A DNA stretch of 64,000 nt from Methanobacteriota archaeon (GCA_043799545.1 JAZDNO010000006.1:96001-160000); one strand, 5' to 3'. Shown: positions 48,301-57,520, numbered from the stretch's first letter. Numbers and translations: made by a program. The notes: generated from the sequence alone by a model not told the origin.

Positions 48301-49080
48301 GTCGGCGCAATCGAAGAACCTGATGACAGGGCAGTCGTCTTCCATGTCCTTCAAGCCGTCAAGTATGCCGTCGGCCAGGTCTTCTGCATTGAGATTGGTG
48401 TAGTATTTTGCCAGTGCGTCCTTGTAGTCCTCATCGCCTACGATGGGGCTCCACTTGAAATCGTCCAACCATCCCGGAGCCTCGTAGTCGGCATCGTTTT
48501 CCGACGGATCTTGGTTTGTTATCCACGAGTCGTTGATGTACGTTATCGTATTTCTTATCTGGAGGTCGCCCGGGAAGGCGATTACGGAGTTGTCCGTGAG
48601 CGTCATCGTTGAGTCGTTGACATACATGCCGAATTTAACGTATGGGTGAAGCATTCTGGCATCGGTCACGATTGTTGCGTTGCTCATCAGAAGGGTGCTG
48701 CTGGTGTCTACCGTGAGTTTGAAATGGTGATCATCCGATGTGCCTTCGATGCCGTCCAATCCGTTGTCCTGAGTGAAGTCAAGGGTGGCGTTGGTAATTC
48801 TCAATTGGCCACCGTTCCTGACGATGATGCTGCGATCTGCATAGTAGATGCCATAGTTTTCAGTAATCGGGGACCACATGTATTCGGTGATGTTGAAATA
48901 ATCGTTGTTAGGGTCCGCATCCCCCGCATCGATTATCATCTCGTCCCAAATTCCCTGAATTTCAGGTTGTTCTTCCTTGGACCCCACCGCCATCCCCAGC
49001 AGTCCGGGGACTACCAGACAGAGCACGATCCCAAGGCATATCACACGCTTCTGGGCCACGTGGCCCGAGAGAGTCGTCAT
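42319..49080 (-). CDS. Giant cell-surface protein, 2253 aa: signal peptide, beta-helix-like region, multiple CARDB-like Ig domains, C-terminal TM, cytoplasmic zinc ribbons and Pro/Gln tail
   Basis: N-terminal hydrophobic leader; repeated (L)PDL...I.A.IHN.G...A..V.V.FY...VD....I.E.NE.NN CARDB pattern; TM LWIYIVIIIIIVVAVVGG; 8 CxxC after the TM; RBS GAGGGGTGA. Confidence 0.88.
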   Translation of the reverse strand: MTTLSGHVAQKRVICLGIVLCLVVPGLLGMAVGSKEEQPEIQGIWDEMIIDAGDADPNNDYFNITEYMWSPITENYGIYYADRSIIVRNGGQLRITNATLDFTQDNGLDGIEGTSDDHHFKLTVDTSSTLLMSNATIVTDARMLHPYVKFGMYVNDSTMTLTDNSVIAFPGDLQIRNTITYINDSWITNQDPSENDADYEAPGWLDDFKWSPIVGDEDYKDALAKYYTNLNAEDLADGILDGLKDMEDDCPVIRFFDCADVTIADSRIDNLYEQTKGICPPKTITTQVFPNSKDAVDTSGEPNTYDLNITDGAYYTLTNPPAKLGIDGFDTSTLPGWPIIGIDIEIVYDSTNYNYTNMPSVWDEWVNISIDEGMNNISLFQPSEDDGSLTPEIIDVFSLGVNTINIASSLDVYYKNCDDDGVPAAISFDKLILNITQIDPAPSGYISVDNSELSIMNSFIDVDYLNPDYIVGKDNKLRLNGTSNVYMYNVTVSQNDDGLGVDDRLELPIDPITNLPLPPQSPFNLFDATSQVFYYRWISTPVLDMNGNPVNDATVTAKGDYLNLTAINYIKAANNFTDGSSSDKRIIAYMDRISALEVTGLNYTQTDRSGQLSLPVITDIINTTTMPNSQFIGNYKFTATSGGFSKSIKRSFAPFPDIRAEKNSDALVDDSSVPLLVIDGLAVPLPDLIPGPVWFSNPAPDQDEGITIFAIIENVGSSTALNFDVLVEDISGPTTTTIFTQNYASLGAGSFINQSIPWTAKPSGTHYIKVTVDNGKNVYEGPVNSTEELNNTNSPGQSIYVRPFMPDLLVDTSDISITPPSNTVSFGTTLTVTAIIHNVGTANATGVPVHFYWGNLSWGGPDWNGDEILDVNASTHLIGTDNIDVGDGIWLPDWTNSEIQYAPPLDGTYRLYVWVDPNYDVPELVDEYVGNLASQQYIVQPKPNLAIAAADIVVGDPTPVQGVSTSITATVRNLGGVVATGTCDVVFALDSTSNVIGTRTVTDVPANGNQVVSINPWVPNVLGFHRIYVTVNAPIGLQTDNQAYIDIAIYNVSQDLIVNNANSPYYINGAVGRRGFVLVEQNGNLIINGSLAILQTTGTPFSIKVRESGSITLNGGSIVSANPSTPFYLEDNARLSASSGSYFGPNINIYASGANVIVNLNGTSVMGLFDSSTGSNVRMIAGNTTFTGTLNIRGSSRYDLTAVSASTIRTYDTATAYIYRWLTIDALDGQDLYPHSVPNVAIDLSYAFNDPVWAPIIHRAGTTGTNGKVSFAALSDILTPTVYPTSFFVGNYIIRATYLTYPAWENGTLALTPYPSLVTASNYPEFQIRMTGILPDLDPPVWMIPTLPGRGEQVTIWTSVSNANGITTAYDVIVRFRDETTGQTIGYSSPVDIAAGSVQNIAMPWSFDKLGNHTISVMVDPFDYITEFNENDNWGWLNMTVIGLADLAFPYTYDLYYSPAPYVIGHELTINANVHNIGDIPAIGFNVTFYNGTPSQQTRLGVVNVTILGNGNMETVSVDWTPRRAGRFNISVVIDQWGKVNETSTLNNNVTGVLDVLEYSDIYISDLIFDKTSPVENNTAVKVTARVHNLGGAPASSVIVRFYDGPILVANLIGPADTIAYLPSGIAGDADVLWMARTNDRERVHQITAVASTDIYEGVPGLSNQLTENFTVVDTRPDLTLNETDIVVLTEEIITMKGFQVNVTVHNTAKPIVNYSNGLWDADNVTVDLFDGDSFMADIEEYLANVTVYNFTIVTRNIMSIVNASRLGSAKINLLPANASSTVTIQCSGVNTAGDHNLIAILDGGWDVNTAYGLVNEFNETDNNASKNFTVRMPDFQIHVTSPSQGVILEPGINLNVAGEVINLALSTPASGVVITVILRAEGSTAIIRQTTLTSGSDGVFNGGLAVPADAEGQYTITLNSTNTEDVIVALQFETAPTPTPLWIYIVIIIIIVVAVVGGFTAYTYFVGIGKLVECGSCGAFIPDGAHKCPKCGIEFESETAKCSVCSAWIPIDAKKCPECGAEFTTGDEEGEGYEVKMRAQYDEMLGQIKVQAKKTLGPKMTDEQFQNWWKAQPTFITFDEWLREEEEMRKMGSKPCPQCGTPNNISGRVCHKCGTGLKAEAPKGKMPTPTPVAAAKPTAVPAPATAPKETKKCPNCNMQVDVKEPICPVCGNDFERKSGTPPQPQQRAPSPQPVAAPQPPVQQPPAQQQAGGQPGEPRPVVKKIVRTPMPMQRVVVKKPGEEEKKEGGQQQS

Positions 49081-49179
49081 TTCTTCACCCCTCTGTATAT
49101 CCTTTCAAAGTTCCCGCGCAACATCATACCATACAATTTAGTCGCTTGTATAGTAGTAAAAGTATCCGTATATATATAG

Positions 49180-52158
49180 CTATCCATGAAGCTCGCCTCC
49201 GCCATCCGAAACTGCCTTGAGAGCCAGTGACTCCGCCCTCTCCGCGGCTCTTTCCGCCCATTCGACCCTCCCCGAGCCAAGGTACTCCCTGGCCGATTCA
49301 AGCTCCCTGCGCGCCCCGGAAACGTCGTAGCCCCCGATTTCCAAATCCGCCACGAGGCTCTCCGCGTGATTAAGCCTGCCCGCCGCGCGCCCCCGTTTCC
49401 TGCGGGCGGCCGACACTGCATAAAACGCCGCGGCGATGGCAACGGTGGCGAGGGCAACCCCTAAAAGGGCAGCGACCGGCAGCTCGAAACGCTTTGCGAC
49501 CTCCGGCTCCACTGAGATTTGCAGCCTCGCCGAATTGTTCGACACAGAGAAATCGACGACGGTGCAGTTGACCGGGACTATCGTGGCCAGGATGGTCGCG
49601 TTGCCGGCCGAGATGGGTGTCCAATTCAGCGCGAAGGCGGCGTTCCTGCCGTTTGAGAGAAACACGGTCCGGTTGGTGAGCAAGCCATCGGGGGAATAGA
49701 GCTTCACCTCTGCCAGGCAGGGCTCCATCCCGGCGTTACCAGCAGTCAATTCCAATCCAACAGGTTCGCCGACCCGGTTCTCACCGCTCGTGTTGAAGAC
49801 CCCGACGTACAGGTCGAGGAAAGCGCTCACGACCACGCTCAGATACGAGCCCGCGCTCGGCGCCCTGGACTGAAAACCGGAGGGGTCGACGGATTCGAAG
49901 TAGTAGCTTATAGTCGTTCCGTCCGGCTGTCCCGGAATCTCGGCGGAGTACCCGCCGTTCCCCGACGGCGCCATGGCGGAAACGTTCCACCTTCCAGCCT
50001 GGGTATAGTGCAGGGTCACGTTGGCGCCCGCCGGGCCCGAGAACCACGCCTCGAACGGGTATGGACCAGTCGTGTTCTGGGCGGCGGGCGCGGCTCCGGC
50101 GGTCACCAGCGCGCGCGGCGTCGGGTTATCGAGTTCCGAGAGGTACTGGCGCCAGGACGCCGCCGAATCGAATTCCAAATAACCTAGGTCGAAGCCACCT
50201 AAAAGCGGATGGTAGACGTACAGGCCTTTGACGCCGCTCGCCGAGAAACCCGAGAAGATGGCGACGGTCGAAAGCTCGAGGGACTGGAGCAAATTCTCCG
50301 ACCTTTCCCTTATCAACGGTACTAGCGTGCCCTCCAAAATCAGCCTTTCGCACAGCGATGCCACGTCTACAAGGTTCGGCTTGGAAGACCAAAGCCCTCC
50401 CGTCGCGTTTCTCGCGGCGAGGATGGCAGAGAGGTTGTAATACGCATAACCGGACAGCGCATCCGACAGGGAGCGCCAGGAGTCGAGAGCGTCGCCGAGC
50501 AAAGGCAGGGAGAACGCCCCCATCGAGCCGTACCCGACCCAGGAATATTTGCCGGCGTAGGCTTCCACCAGCGATTTGCCGAGGGCGTCCGGCCCGGCGT
50601 TGGTGTTCGCGCCCAAACGTCCGAGTACGGCCGTGTAGTCCCAGCCCGTGTCCGGCTCCTCCAGCTCCGAAGCGACGAACGCCCTCGCGCTGCCCGACAG
50701 CTCCGCGGCCATCTCCAGGCTCGCCCCCCAGCACAGGTCCAGGCCGACGAGGTCGATGGGAGCGGCGCCCCGCAGGACCTCGCAGGCGTCCGCCGTTCCG
50801 AGCCACATCCCGGCATCGAGGCAGAGCCCGCCCAGCACGTCGTTCCCGTGGTCCCAAAGAACGACGGCGAAGCGCTGCGACGGGTAAGCGGCCCGCGTCC
50901 AGTCCATGAACCGCTCCAGCGTGGACGGTTCGCTCATCGCTACCTCGCGGGAAGGGGCGCCGATGACCTCCCCTCCGTCGTCGAGGGCCGGGGACATGAC
51001 GTTTGCGCTGTCCATGTCATGGGCGATGCGGTACAGCTTCGAGTCACCGTTTCCAGGGCCGTCGTAAAGCACGACGACGTTGGCATCGACGACCGCCGGC
51101 GCCGCCTCCATCTCGTTCAGGTCCAGGAGAGCCTGGTCCGCCAGGTTGTTGTCGGCGGCCATGTAAACCGCCACAGTCCAGTCGGGCAGCGAAGAATCAT
51201 CCGCGCGCCCGGCCATCTCGCAGGCGTAGAGCGCCGCCTCGACGTTCCCAGGTGTCATGCCATCAATCTCCGGTTGGTCTGGGAAGAATCCCGTCCCGAT
51301 TTCCACGGTGACGGGGGCGGCGGACATGTTGGCATAGAGCCAGTCGTCGCTGTCGCCGAAGGTCTGGTAGGTTGTGTGCCCTTCCACGGCCGTGTAGCCG
51401 TTCCGCTCCGCGACTTCGGACGCAAGGGCTTCCAGGGTGGCGTTGGAGCCCGTGTCCTGGCCGTTGTTCCACGGATAGTAGACAAGCTCGCCGTACGAGT
51501 GGAACGATACCGACGTTGAGAACTTCTCCCTCTCCGCCAGCATCCTGATGGCATTTGTCTCGACCTCGGAGAATGGCCCCGGCCCGCAGTACTCCTGCGA
51601 CGCCGGGTCGTGGACTGAATTACCCTCGCCCCAGAGATGGCCGTAGTTCCTGTTGAGGTCCACGCCCACGCCGTCCGTGATGCCGTCTCCGTTGGAGTCC
51701 ACGGGCCTGCGGTTCTTGCGCCATTCCGTGTCCCCGGTGCCGAGCACGTGCTCGATGCCGTCCGGGTTGACCATCGGCACGAGCCAGATTTCGCGGTTGT
51801 CCAGCAGCCAGCGTATTGTGCCGTTCGATCCGTATCCGTCGGCGAGGGTGCGGGCAACGGCGAGGGCGACCGCGACGGACGCTGGCTCACGCGCATGATG
51901 CCCGCCCATGACGAGCGCCGCCGGACCGGCTCCAGCGCAGAGCCGAAGCCCCAGCACGCCGCGCCCCTCGAACGTTGTGCCGAGGGTTTCCAAGGTGGCG
52001 AAACCGGGATGCTGCGCGGCGATGCCCTGCAGGGCAGATTTCACGTCGTCGTAGCCTGCATATCCGTCCAGCGCGCGGTTCTCCGGCGTTGTGGCAGCCA
52101 GAGGCGCCGCTGCGACGAACAGCATCGCGATGGCCACGCCCAGCGCCGCAGTCCTCAT
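49180..52158 (-). CDS. Secreted, membrane-anchored fusion of an M14 zinc carboxypeptidase and a C11 (clostripain-family) cysteine peptidase
   Basis: M14: HHARE, NPDG, RKNR, GVDLNRNY, SFHSYG, VEIG. C11: VYMAADNNL, LWDHG, LDLCWG, ASELEEP. Then an Ig/CARDB-like domain and a C-terminal TM. Confidence 0.88.
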   Translation of the reverse strand: MRTAALGVAIAMLFVAAAPLAATTPENRALDGYAGYDDVKSALQGIAAQHPGFATLETLGTTFEGRGVLGLRLCAGAGPAALVMGGHHAREPASVAVALAVARTLADGYGSNGTIRWLLDNREIWLVPMVNPDGIEHVLGTGDTEWRKNRRPVDSNGDGITDGVGVDLNRNYGHLWGEGNSVHDPASQEYCGPGPFSEVETNAIRMLAEREKFSTSVSFHSYGELVYYPWNNGQDTGSNATLEALASEVAERNGYTAVEGHTTYQTFGDSDDWLYANMSAAPVTVEIGTGFFPDQPEIDGMTPGNVEAALYACEMAGRADDSSLPDWTVAVYMAADNNLADQALLDLNEMEAAPAVVDANVVVLYDGPGNGDSKLYRIAHDMDSANVMSPALDDGGEVIGAPSREVAMSEPSTLERFMDWTRAAYPSQRFAVVLWDHGNDVLGGLCLDAGMWLGTADACEVLRGAAPIDLVGLDLCWGASLEMAAELSGSARAFVASELEEPDTGWDYTAVLGRLGANTNAGPDALGKSLVEAYAGKYSWVGYGSMGAFSLPLLGDALDSWRSLSDALSGYAYYNLSAILAARNATGGLWSSKPNLVDVASLCERLILEGTLVPLIRERSENLLQSLELSTVAIFSGFSASGVKGLYVYHPLLGGFDLGYLEFDSAASWRQYLSELDNPTPRALVTAGAAPAAQNTTGPYPFEAWFSGPAGANVTLHYTQAGRWNVSAMAPSGNGGYSAEIPGQPDGTTISYYFESVDPSGFQSRAPSAGSYLSVVVSAFLDLYVGVFNTSGENRVGEPVGLELTAGNAGMEPCLAEVKLYSPDGLLTNRTVFLSNGRNAAFALNWTPISAGNATILATIVPVNCTVVDFSVSNNSARLQISVEPEVAKRFELPVAALLGVALATVAIAAAFYAVSAARRKRGRAAGRLNHAESLVADLEIGGYDVSGARRELESAREYLGSGRVEWAERAAERAESLALKAVSDGGGELHG

Positions 52159-52164
52159 CGGCCC

Positions 52165-55100
52165 TCAGTTGAACTTGGTCAGCCCGGTCAGGGTCACGTC
52201 GTCTATGTAGACCCCCCACGGGGCGCCGTTCGATGCGTAGTGCGCGTATGAGGCGTCGTTATTTGTGACGATTCTGAAACGGAGCTGTATCTGCTTCCCG
52301 CGCCAGGAGTTCAGGTCGACGTTGAGCCTCGTCAGCGTGTCCGCAGAGACCCAACCGTTGGCCCCGTTCAGTCCCGTGTAAGTCTTCCCGTCCAGCTTTC
52401 CGTCGTCGATGTCGGCGCCCGTATTGGACAGGCTCCACGCGCACCTCACGCCGAGGTTGAGGGTATGCCAGCTCGCCCCCTTGTCGGGCGTGACCTCGAC
52501 GCGGAGGCAGTCCGGCGGCACGCCCTCGGCGGTGTTGATGTTGAACTTGAAGTAAGCGCTGAGGGTGACCTGGACCGCGCTCGTGAGGTCGATGGGGGTG
52601 GTGATTAGGGCGTTGTCGATGCCCGGCTTGAGGCCGTTCGCGGCTACGTCATGGCTCCACCATGCGTGGGTCGGCGCGCCGTAGCGGTCAGTAGTGTAAT
52701 TCATGTCCCAGACGTCTTTGTGCGCCGCCAGCAGGGTCGCGTTGCCCCTGCCCACCCTGAGCTGCACGTCGTCGAGGTACCAGCCCACGCCCGTTCCCCC
52801 TCCGAACTGGATGTACTTGAAAGCGACCCTGACGCTGGAACGGTATTGGACCGGGATGTATGGCATTATATCTAGCTCCACACGGTCCCAGGCGTAGGTC
52901 CCGGCGCCGCTGACGCCGTTGAAGCACCACTTGATTTGGTTGCCGAACCCGTCGTATTCGTTCTCGAGGAAATACAACCCGCCGGTGTAGATGCCGTTCG
53001 GGATGATGTACAGGAACTTCCAGGGCCCCACGATGGGCGGGTCCCGGACCTCGACGCCTATGACCCCGCCGTTGCCGCCGGGGAGCATGTTGTACTTGTG
53101 CGAGAACGACAGCTTCGCAGTCTGGTACCCGCTCAGGTCGACGGCGGGCGAGACGGCCTGCTTGTCAACGTTGGCCGCGTTGGGCGATGGCTGCGCCGGG
53201 GCAGAGCGGGTCTGGTTGAAGCCGCCCGAGTTGATGATGCCGCTGATGTTGATGAAGATGTCCTCGAGGTTGGTGCCGTCCTCTGAATAGTAATAATCGC
53301 CGTCTGATGTGTCGGCAATCCTCCACAGGTTGTATTCGACAGTCCCGGATTCAGTCCCAATTATATGCGTGTATGGGTTCGTGGCGTATTCCGCCGGCGT
53401 GCTCGCGACGCCGTTGCTGGCCGGTCCAGCCGGATAGTGCTCGATACCGACGCCGATTGTGAACATGGGCACATCAGAGTACAGCAGCCCCTTCCTGTCG
53501 TTGAACCAGGCGCCTCCGTGAGTTCCTGCCCGAATCCACTCACCCCACTCGCCTATGACCTGGTCCTGGTAGTACCAGTATTTCCCCCAGTGGTTCGGAT
53601 AGTCGCCCTCGACGCCGATGGAGGTTCCCCACGGAGCCCACTCATCACTCCCGCATTCCAGCTTGTTGTACCCATACGAAGACGAATCAGCAGACTGCAG
53701 GTCGAAACCGTCCGTGAGGGCAACGACGGCCGCGAAATGCTCCGGGTATGTAGGGATGGCCGCCTGCACGGCCTCCCAGCCCAGCCCTATCGCGTCCCAG
53801 ATGGCGGTGTTCGTGTTACCCTGGTCTAGGTCGCTGTAAATCATATTGGTTACATTCTCCCGGCCAGTACCCGCGAGGAGCGTCATGCCGATGAGCGGCC
53901 TCTCGTTCGCACCCTGGAAATGGTAGACTCCAACGACCGAATTGTCGCTGAACGCATTGACCATCGAGGCGGCCGCATCTTGGGTCACCTCGAGTAGGGT
54001 CCTTCCTGAACCGTCCGTGCATATCCTGTCGGTCATCGAAGGGGAGTTGTCCAACACTATCGCCACGAGGACGTCGGCTGTCCCGAACACACCCTGCGGC
54101 TCCTCCATGTAGTACGATTCGTTGTAGCTGTGGTACTGCGCCGAGGTGTTCGTCACTCCGCTGGTGAACCGAACCGTGCTGCTCGGGTAGGTGCCGTAGT
54201 CCCAGTCCTTTTTGACGTCCGTTTTGACGTTCGTGTACGATGCGCCCAGGAAGTTCAGCGGCCCCTCGCTGTTGATGTTGAGGAGCGTCGCCTCGTGCTC
54301 CCACTTGCCCGTCCCGCTCTCCATGTCGTCGAAGAAGAAGTAAACCTTGGTCTCGTAGGAGGCGTTGTTGTTGAACCACTCGAAGACCTCCCCCGTCTCG
54401 TTTAGAGGGTCCACCAGCACGCGTATCGTGCGGCTCCCGGTGGCCAGGGGGCGCCAGATTATCTCCGCCGTCGTCTCGTTGTCCGGGCTGATGCCTATCG
54501 AGTCCGAGCCTATGGTGGTGTTCTCGTCCATGAATCTTACCAGAGCGCTCGCCTCCGCGTATCCCGCGAGGTTGCGCACGGTCGCCTGGAGCACGTACGA
54601 GTTGCCTATCTGCGGGTGGAGGTCCGAGACCTTCACGTCGATGCAGGAGACCTTCAGCTCGCTCCGCGTCTCAGGGCGACCGAACCAGTCGAGGACGAGG
54701 AAGGCAATCTCCTTCCGGGCCTCGCCGGCCGTCGGCAGCTGCCATCCGCCGTCCGCCAGGTCCAGGAGCGAGAACGAGTTCAAAACGGTGGAAAAGTCCG
54801 ATGTCCTGACCCGGACGCCGAGGAACCTGCCGGGCGTCGCGCTGAGGATGTAGCCGGTCGCGCCCGCCGCCGGCGTGATTGCGTCGCAAGTCCCCGCGCC
54901 GGCCCCGTAGTGGATGCCGTGGCCGAGTTCGTCGTCGGTGATTCCCGAGATGTCGTCCGGCAGTGCCTGGGGCACCGCCGCGCCGACTCCGAAGTGGGAG
55001 CTCATGAAAACCGAATCGGACTGCTGCGTGGAGTTCTTGCCCTGGAGCCAGACCCTTCCGCTTTTGTTGAAGTAGTCTGCCAGCTTGACCTGGTCCTGAG

Positions 55101-57516
55101 GCGCTATGCTGTTGGCCGCGTCGCCGGAGACCCAGATGACTACGTTATAGTCTCCCAGGTTCCTCGTGTCCGGCAGATAGCTGCCCACGCTCACGTTTTC
55201 CTGCTCGTACTTGCAGGCGAAGCCGTCGAGCGCTTTGGTCAGGTTTCCGGTCTCGTCTCGGAGAACCCCGCCGTTGTTGGGGCTCTCGTCGTCGTCGACG
55301 ACCAGCAGCCGGAACAGCACGTTTATCGTCGTCGCAGTCACCAGCCCGCCGGCCTGATTGTTGTTCTCGTTGGATTCAGTCTTCGCCCCGTCGGGGTCGA
55401 CCCTGACGACGAGCGTGTGCACGCCGGGGCTGGAGGCGTTCCAGGTCCAGCTTTTCACGACCTTTCCGCCGTGGCCGGGAACGAATATCGAGGCGTTGTA
55501 GCTCCCGGCGAGCGGGGCGCCGTCGAGCGCGACGTCGGCAGAGACGTTGTCGTCTTTCGCGCCGTTGTTCCTTATCCAGGCGGTCACGGTCACCTGCTCC
55601 TTGTAATAGACCACTTCGGGCTCGATGGTCTGGCCCGTGACGGCGAAGTCTATGATGTTCTTCTCCGTGAGGTTGCCGAGCCACAGGATGACGGCGTACG
55701 CGGCGTCAGTTTGGACCGAGAGGTCAGCTATCCTGCTGAAGTCCCAGCCGAAAGTTATGATGCGGGAGTCGAGCGCGTCATTCTCGTACGAAACGGCGTC
55801 CGAGCCGCCCGTCCGGTTGAACATGCTGACCGCCCCGGCGCCAGGCCCCAGGATGGTGCTGGTTTTCTGGCTGTCGAGCCTGTACGTCGTGTTGATGGAC
55901 GTGACTGGCGTGGACCAGTTCCTGGCGACCGGGTGCCCCGGGTTGCCGGCGAGGGGCGTGGTGAGGCTGGCGGACGTGCCAGCGTTCGAAAGGTGCAGGT
56001 ACGTAGATGCGAAGGTGGATGCGGAGACGCTCGGGTCGTCCAGGAAACTCTGCCCTATCATCCAGAGGCTCCCGGTCGATGTGCGCCCCGTCGTATCGGC
56101 GAGGTATTTCCCCAGATTTGTCCTGTCCTCGGCCGTCAGGGTTCCCGCGTTTTCGTAGCCGCAGTTCCAGACAACGACGTCGTAGCTTATCAGCTGCGTC
56201 ATCCCCGAGTTGAAGGCGGGGCCGTTCCCGCCCGGGACGACGAACATGTCGTATTCGAATCCGCCGCTGTCCAGCGCCTCGCGCAGGTACCTTGTGGAGT
56301 CACGGTCCCCGCCGTCGTTCTGGTCGTCGTCGACGAGCAGCACCGTAGGCAGGATTGTCAGCGTGTAGTTGAGGTAGTTGTCAGTCGTGCCGCCCTCCGG
56401 CTCGGCAACCGGCGATGTTACGACCGCCGAGATGAAGATGATATGGTTTCCGCCAGGGCCAGCATTCCTCCATGTGAACTTCTCGGTTATCTGGTCGGAG
56501 ATGCCGAGGAACGGGGTGTCGCGCGCCCACCAGCTGCCGGACCTGTCCGCTACCGTGAGGTTAATTCTGGCGGCCCCTCCGCCGTAGTTGCTCACAGTCA
56601 CCTCCAGCGTGAGGTCGTCGCCGTTCTGCGGGTCCTGGGGATTGACGAAGACCTTGTCCATGCTGAGGTGTATCTCAGGGCGGGCGCCTATCTCCCTGCC
56701 CAGAGTCAGCAGCACGACTCTCGTCGCGACGTGGCCTGCCATGTCGGTGGCCCTGACCGTCGCAGGATAGTAGCCGTCGTGGGTGACGTACGTCCCCATC
56801 ATCCTCGAAACCTGGAAGACGCCCGCGGCGCCCTCGGTCAGGGGTATTGCGGTCTCCAGCGGCCCGAGGAGGTGGCTCAGGTCCACGGTCGGCGTTGCGG
56901 TGTTGAGGTCGCCGTTCGGGTCCGAGAGCCGGACGTAGAACGTGAACGGTTCGTCGTTCTGGATGGGGTCCCTGGCCAGCGTCGTCAGGTCCGAGTCCGC
57001 CCAGGCGTCCATGATGAGGGGCGCGTAGGACTCGTTCCCGCCCTGGAGCTTGCTGCCCCAGACGTAGGTGTTGCGCTCCATGTCTACAACGGAGGCGTCC
57101 ATGGTGGAGGTCGGCCAGACCGACAGCGGGGGAAGGTGTATCTTCCAGACGTCCGACGGGTCCCAGGTGTCGTCCGCGGCGTTGTTGATGAACGTCACGC
57201 CGCTGTACGTGGCCACGTCGTACGAAGTTGAGGTCCCGTTGATTGTGATGATGACCTTGGCCTCCAGCGCGACCAGGCTCCGCCCGCCGATGTGCGTTAT
57301 GAAGACCTCCGCCCCGTTTGACCACTCTGGCACGCCAGATGGCTGGACGCGCCCTATGAACGACACCTGCGTGTTTCTGGTGGGCGCGGGCATCCGTCCC
57401 ACGAAAGCGATGATGCTGGAGAACAGCAGCACCGTGAGTCCGAGGATCAGGATGGTGCTGACAACCTCGGAGACGCCCCCCGAATCCCAGCCCCGTTTCC
57501 TCGTCAGCCTTTTCAT
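52165..57516 (-). CDS. Giant type IV pilin-like adhesin, ~1780 aa, with CARDB-like, (L/I)LVDDD alpha/beta, vWA and beta-sandwich domains
   Basis: MKRLTRKRGWDSGG|VSEVVSTILILGLTVLLFSS (class III signal peptide-like); vWA MIDAS VLDNSPSM and ALTDG; FFFDDMESG and GWYLDDV beta-sandwich motifs; RBS GGGGTGAG before ATG 57516. Confidence 0.85.
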   Translation of the reverse strand: MKRLTRKRGWDSGGVSEVVSTILILGLTVLLFSSIIAFVGRMPAPTRNTQVSFIGRVQPSGVPEWSNGAEVFITHIGGRSLVALEAKVIITINGTSTSYDVATYSGVTFINNAADDTWDPSDVWKIHLPPLSVWPTSTMDASVVDMERNTYVWGSKLQGGNESYAPLIMDAWADSDLTTLARDPIQNDEPFTFYVRLSDPNGDLNTATPTVDLSHLLGPLETAIPLTEGAAGVFQVSRMMGTYVTHDGYYPATVRATDMAGHVATRVVLLTLGREIGARPEIHLSMDKVFVNPQDPQNGDDLTLEVTVSNYGGGAARINLTVADRSGSWWARDTPFLGISDQITEKFTWRNAGPGGNHIIFISAVVTSPVAEPEGGTTDNYLNYTLTILPTVLLVDDDQNDGGDRDSTRYLREALDSGGFEYDMFVVPGGNGPAFNSGMTQLISYDVVVWNCGYENAGTLTAEDRTNLGKYLADTTGRTSTGSLWMIGQSFLDDPSVSASTFASTYLHLSNAGTSASLTTPLAGNPGHPVARNWSTPVTSINTTYRLDSQKTSTILGPGAGAVSMFNRTGGSDAVSYENDALDSRIITFGWDFSRIADLSVQTDAAYAVILWLGNLTEKNIIDFAVTGQTIEPEVVYYKEQVTVTAWIRNNGAKDDNVSADVALDGAPLAGSYNASIFVPGHGGKVVKSWTWNASSPGVHTLVVRVDPDGAKTESNENNNQAGGLVTATTINVLFRLLVVDDDESPNNGGVLRDETGNLTKALDGFACKYEQENVSVGSYLPDTRNLGDYNVVIWVSGDAANSIAPQDQVKLADYFNKSGRVWLQGKNSTQQSDSVFMSSHFGVGAAVPQALPDDISGITDDELGHGIHYGAGAGTCDAITPAAGATGYILSATPGRFLGVRVRTSDFSTVLNSFSLLDLADGGWQLPTAGEARKEIAFLVLDWFGRPETRSELKVSCIDVKVSDLHPQIGNSYVLQATVRNLAGYAEASALVRFMDENTTIGSDSIGISPDNETTAEIIWRPLATGSRTIRVLVDPLNETGEVFEWFNNNASYETKVYFFFDDMESGTGKWEHEATLLNINSEGPLNFLGASYTNVKTDVKKDWDYGTYPSSTVRFTSGVTNTSAQYHSYNESYYMEEPQGVFGTADVLVAIVLDNSPSMTDRICTDGSGRTLLEVTQDAAASMVNAFSDNSVVGVYHFQGANERPLIGMTLLAGTGRENVTNMIYSDLDQGNTNTAIWDAIGLGWEAVQAAIPTYPEHFAAVVALTDGFDLQSADSSSYGYNKLECGSDEWAPWGTSIGVEGDYPNHWGKYWYYQDQVIGEWGEWIRAGTHGGAWFNDRKGLLYSDVPMFTIGVGIEHYPAGPASNGVASTPAEYATNPYTHIIGTESGTVEYNLWRIADTSDGDYYYSEDGTNLEDIFINISGIINSGGFNQTRSAPAQPSPNAANVDKQAVSPAVDLSGYQTAKLSFSHKYNMLPGGNGGVIGVEVRDPPIVGPWKFLYIIPNGIYTGGLYFLENEYDGFGNQIKWCFNGVSGAGTYAWDRVELDIMPYIPVQYRSSVRVAFKYIQFGGGTGVGWYLDDVQLRVGRGNATLLAAHKDVWDMNYTTDRYGAPTHAWWSHDVAANGLKPGIDNALITTPIDLTSAVQVTLSAYFKFNINTAEGVPPDCLRVEVTPDKGASWHTLNLGVRCAWSLSNTGADIDDGKLDGKTYTGLNGANGWVSADTLTRLNVDLNSWRGKQIQLRFRIVTNNDASYAHYASNGAPWGVYIDDVTLTGLTKFN

Positions 57517-57520
57517 TTGC

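Noticed and set aside
54616-57231. 871-aa + strand ORF
   Set aside because: Antisense shadow of the GC-rich giant pilin gene; low-complexity Arg/Val/Gly content and no motifs
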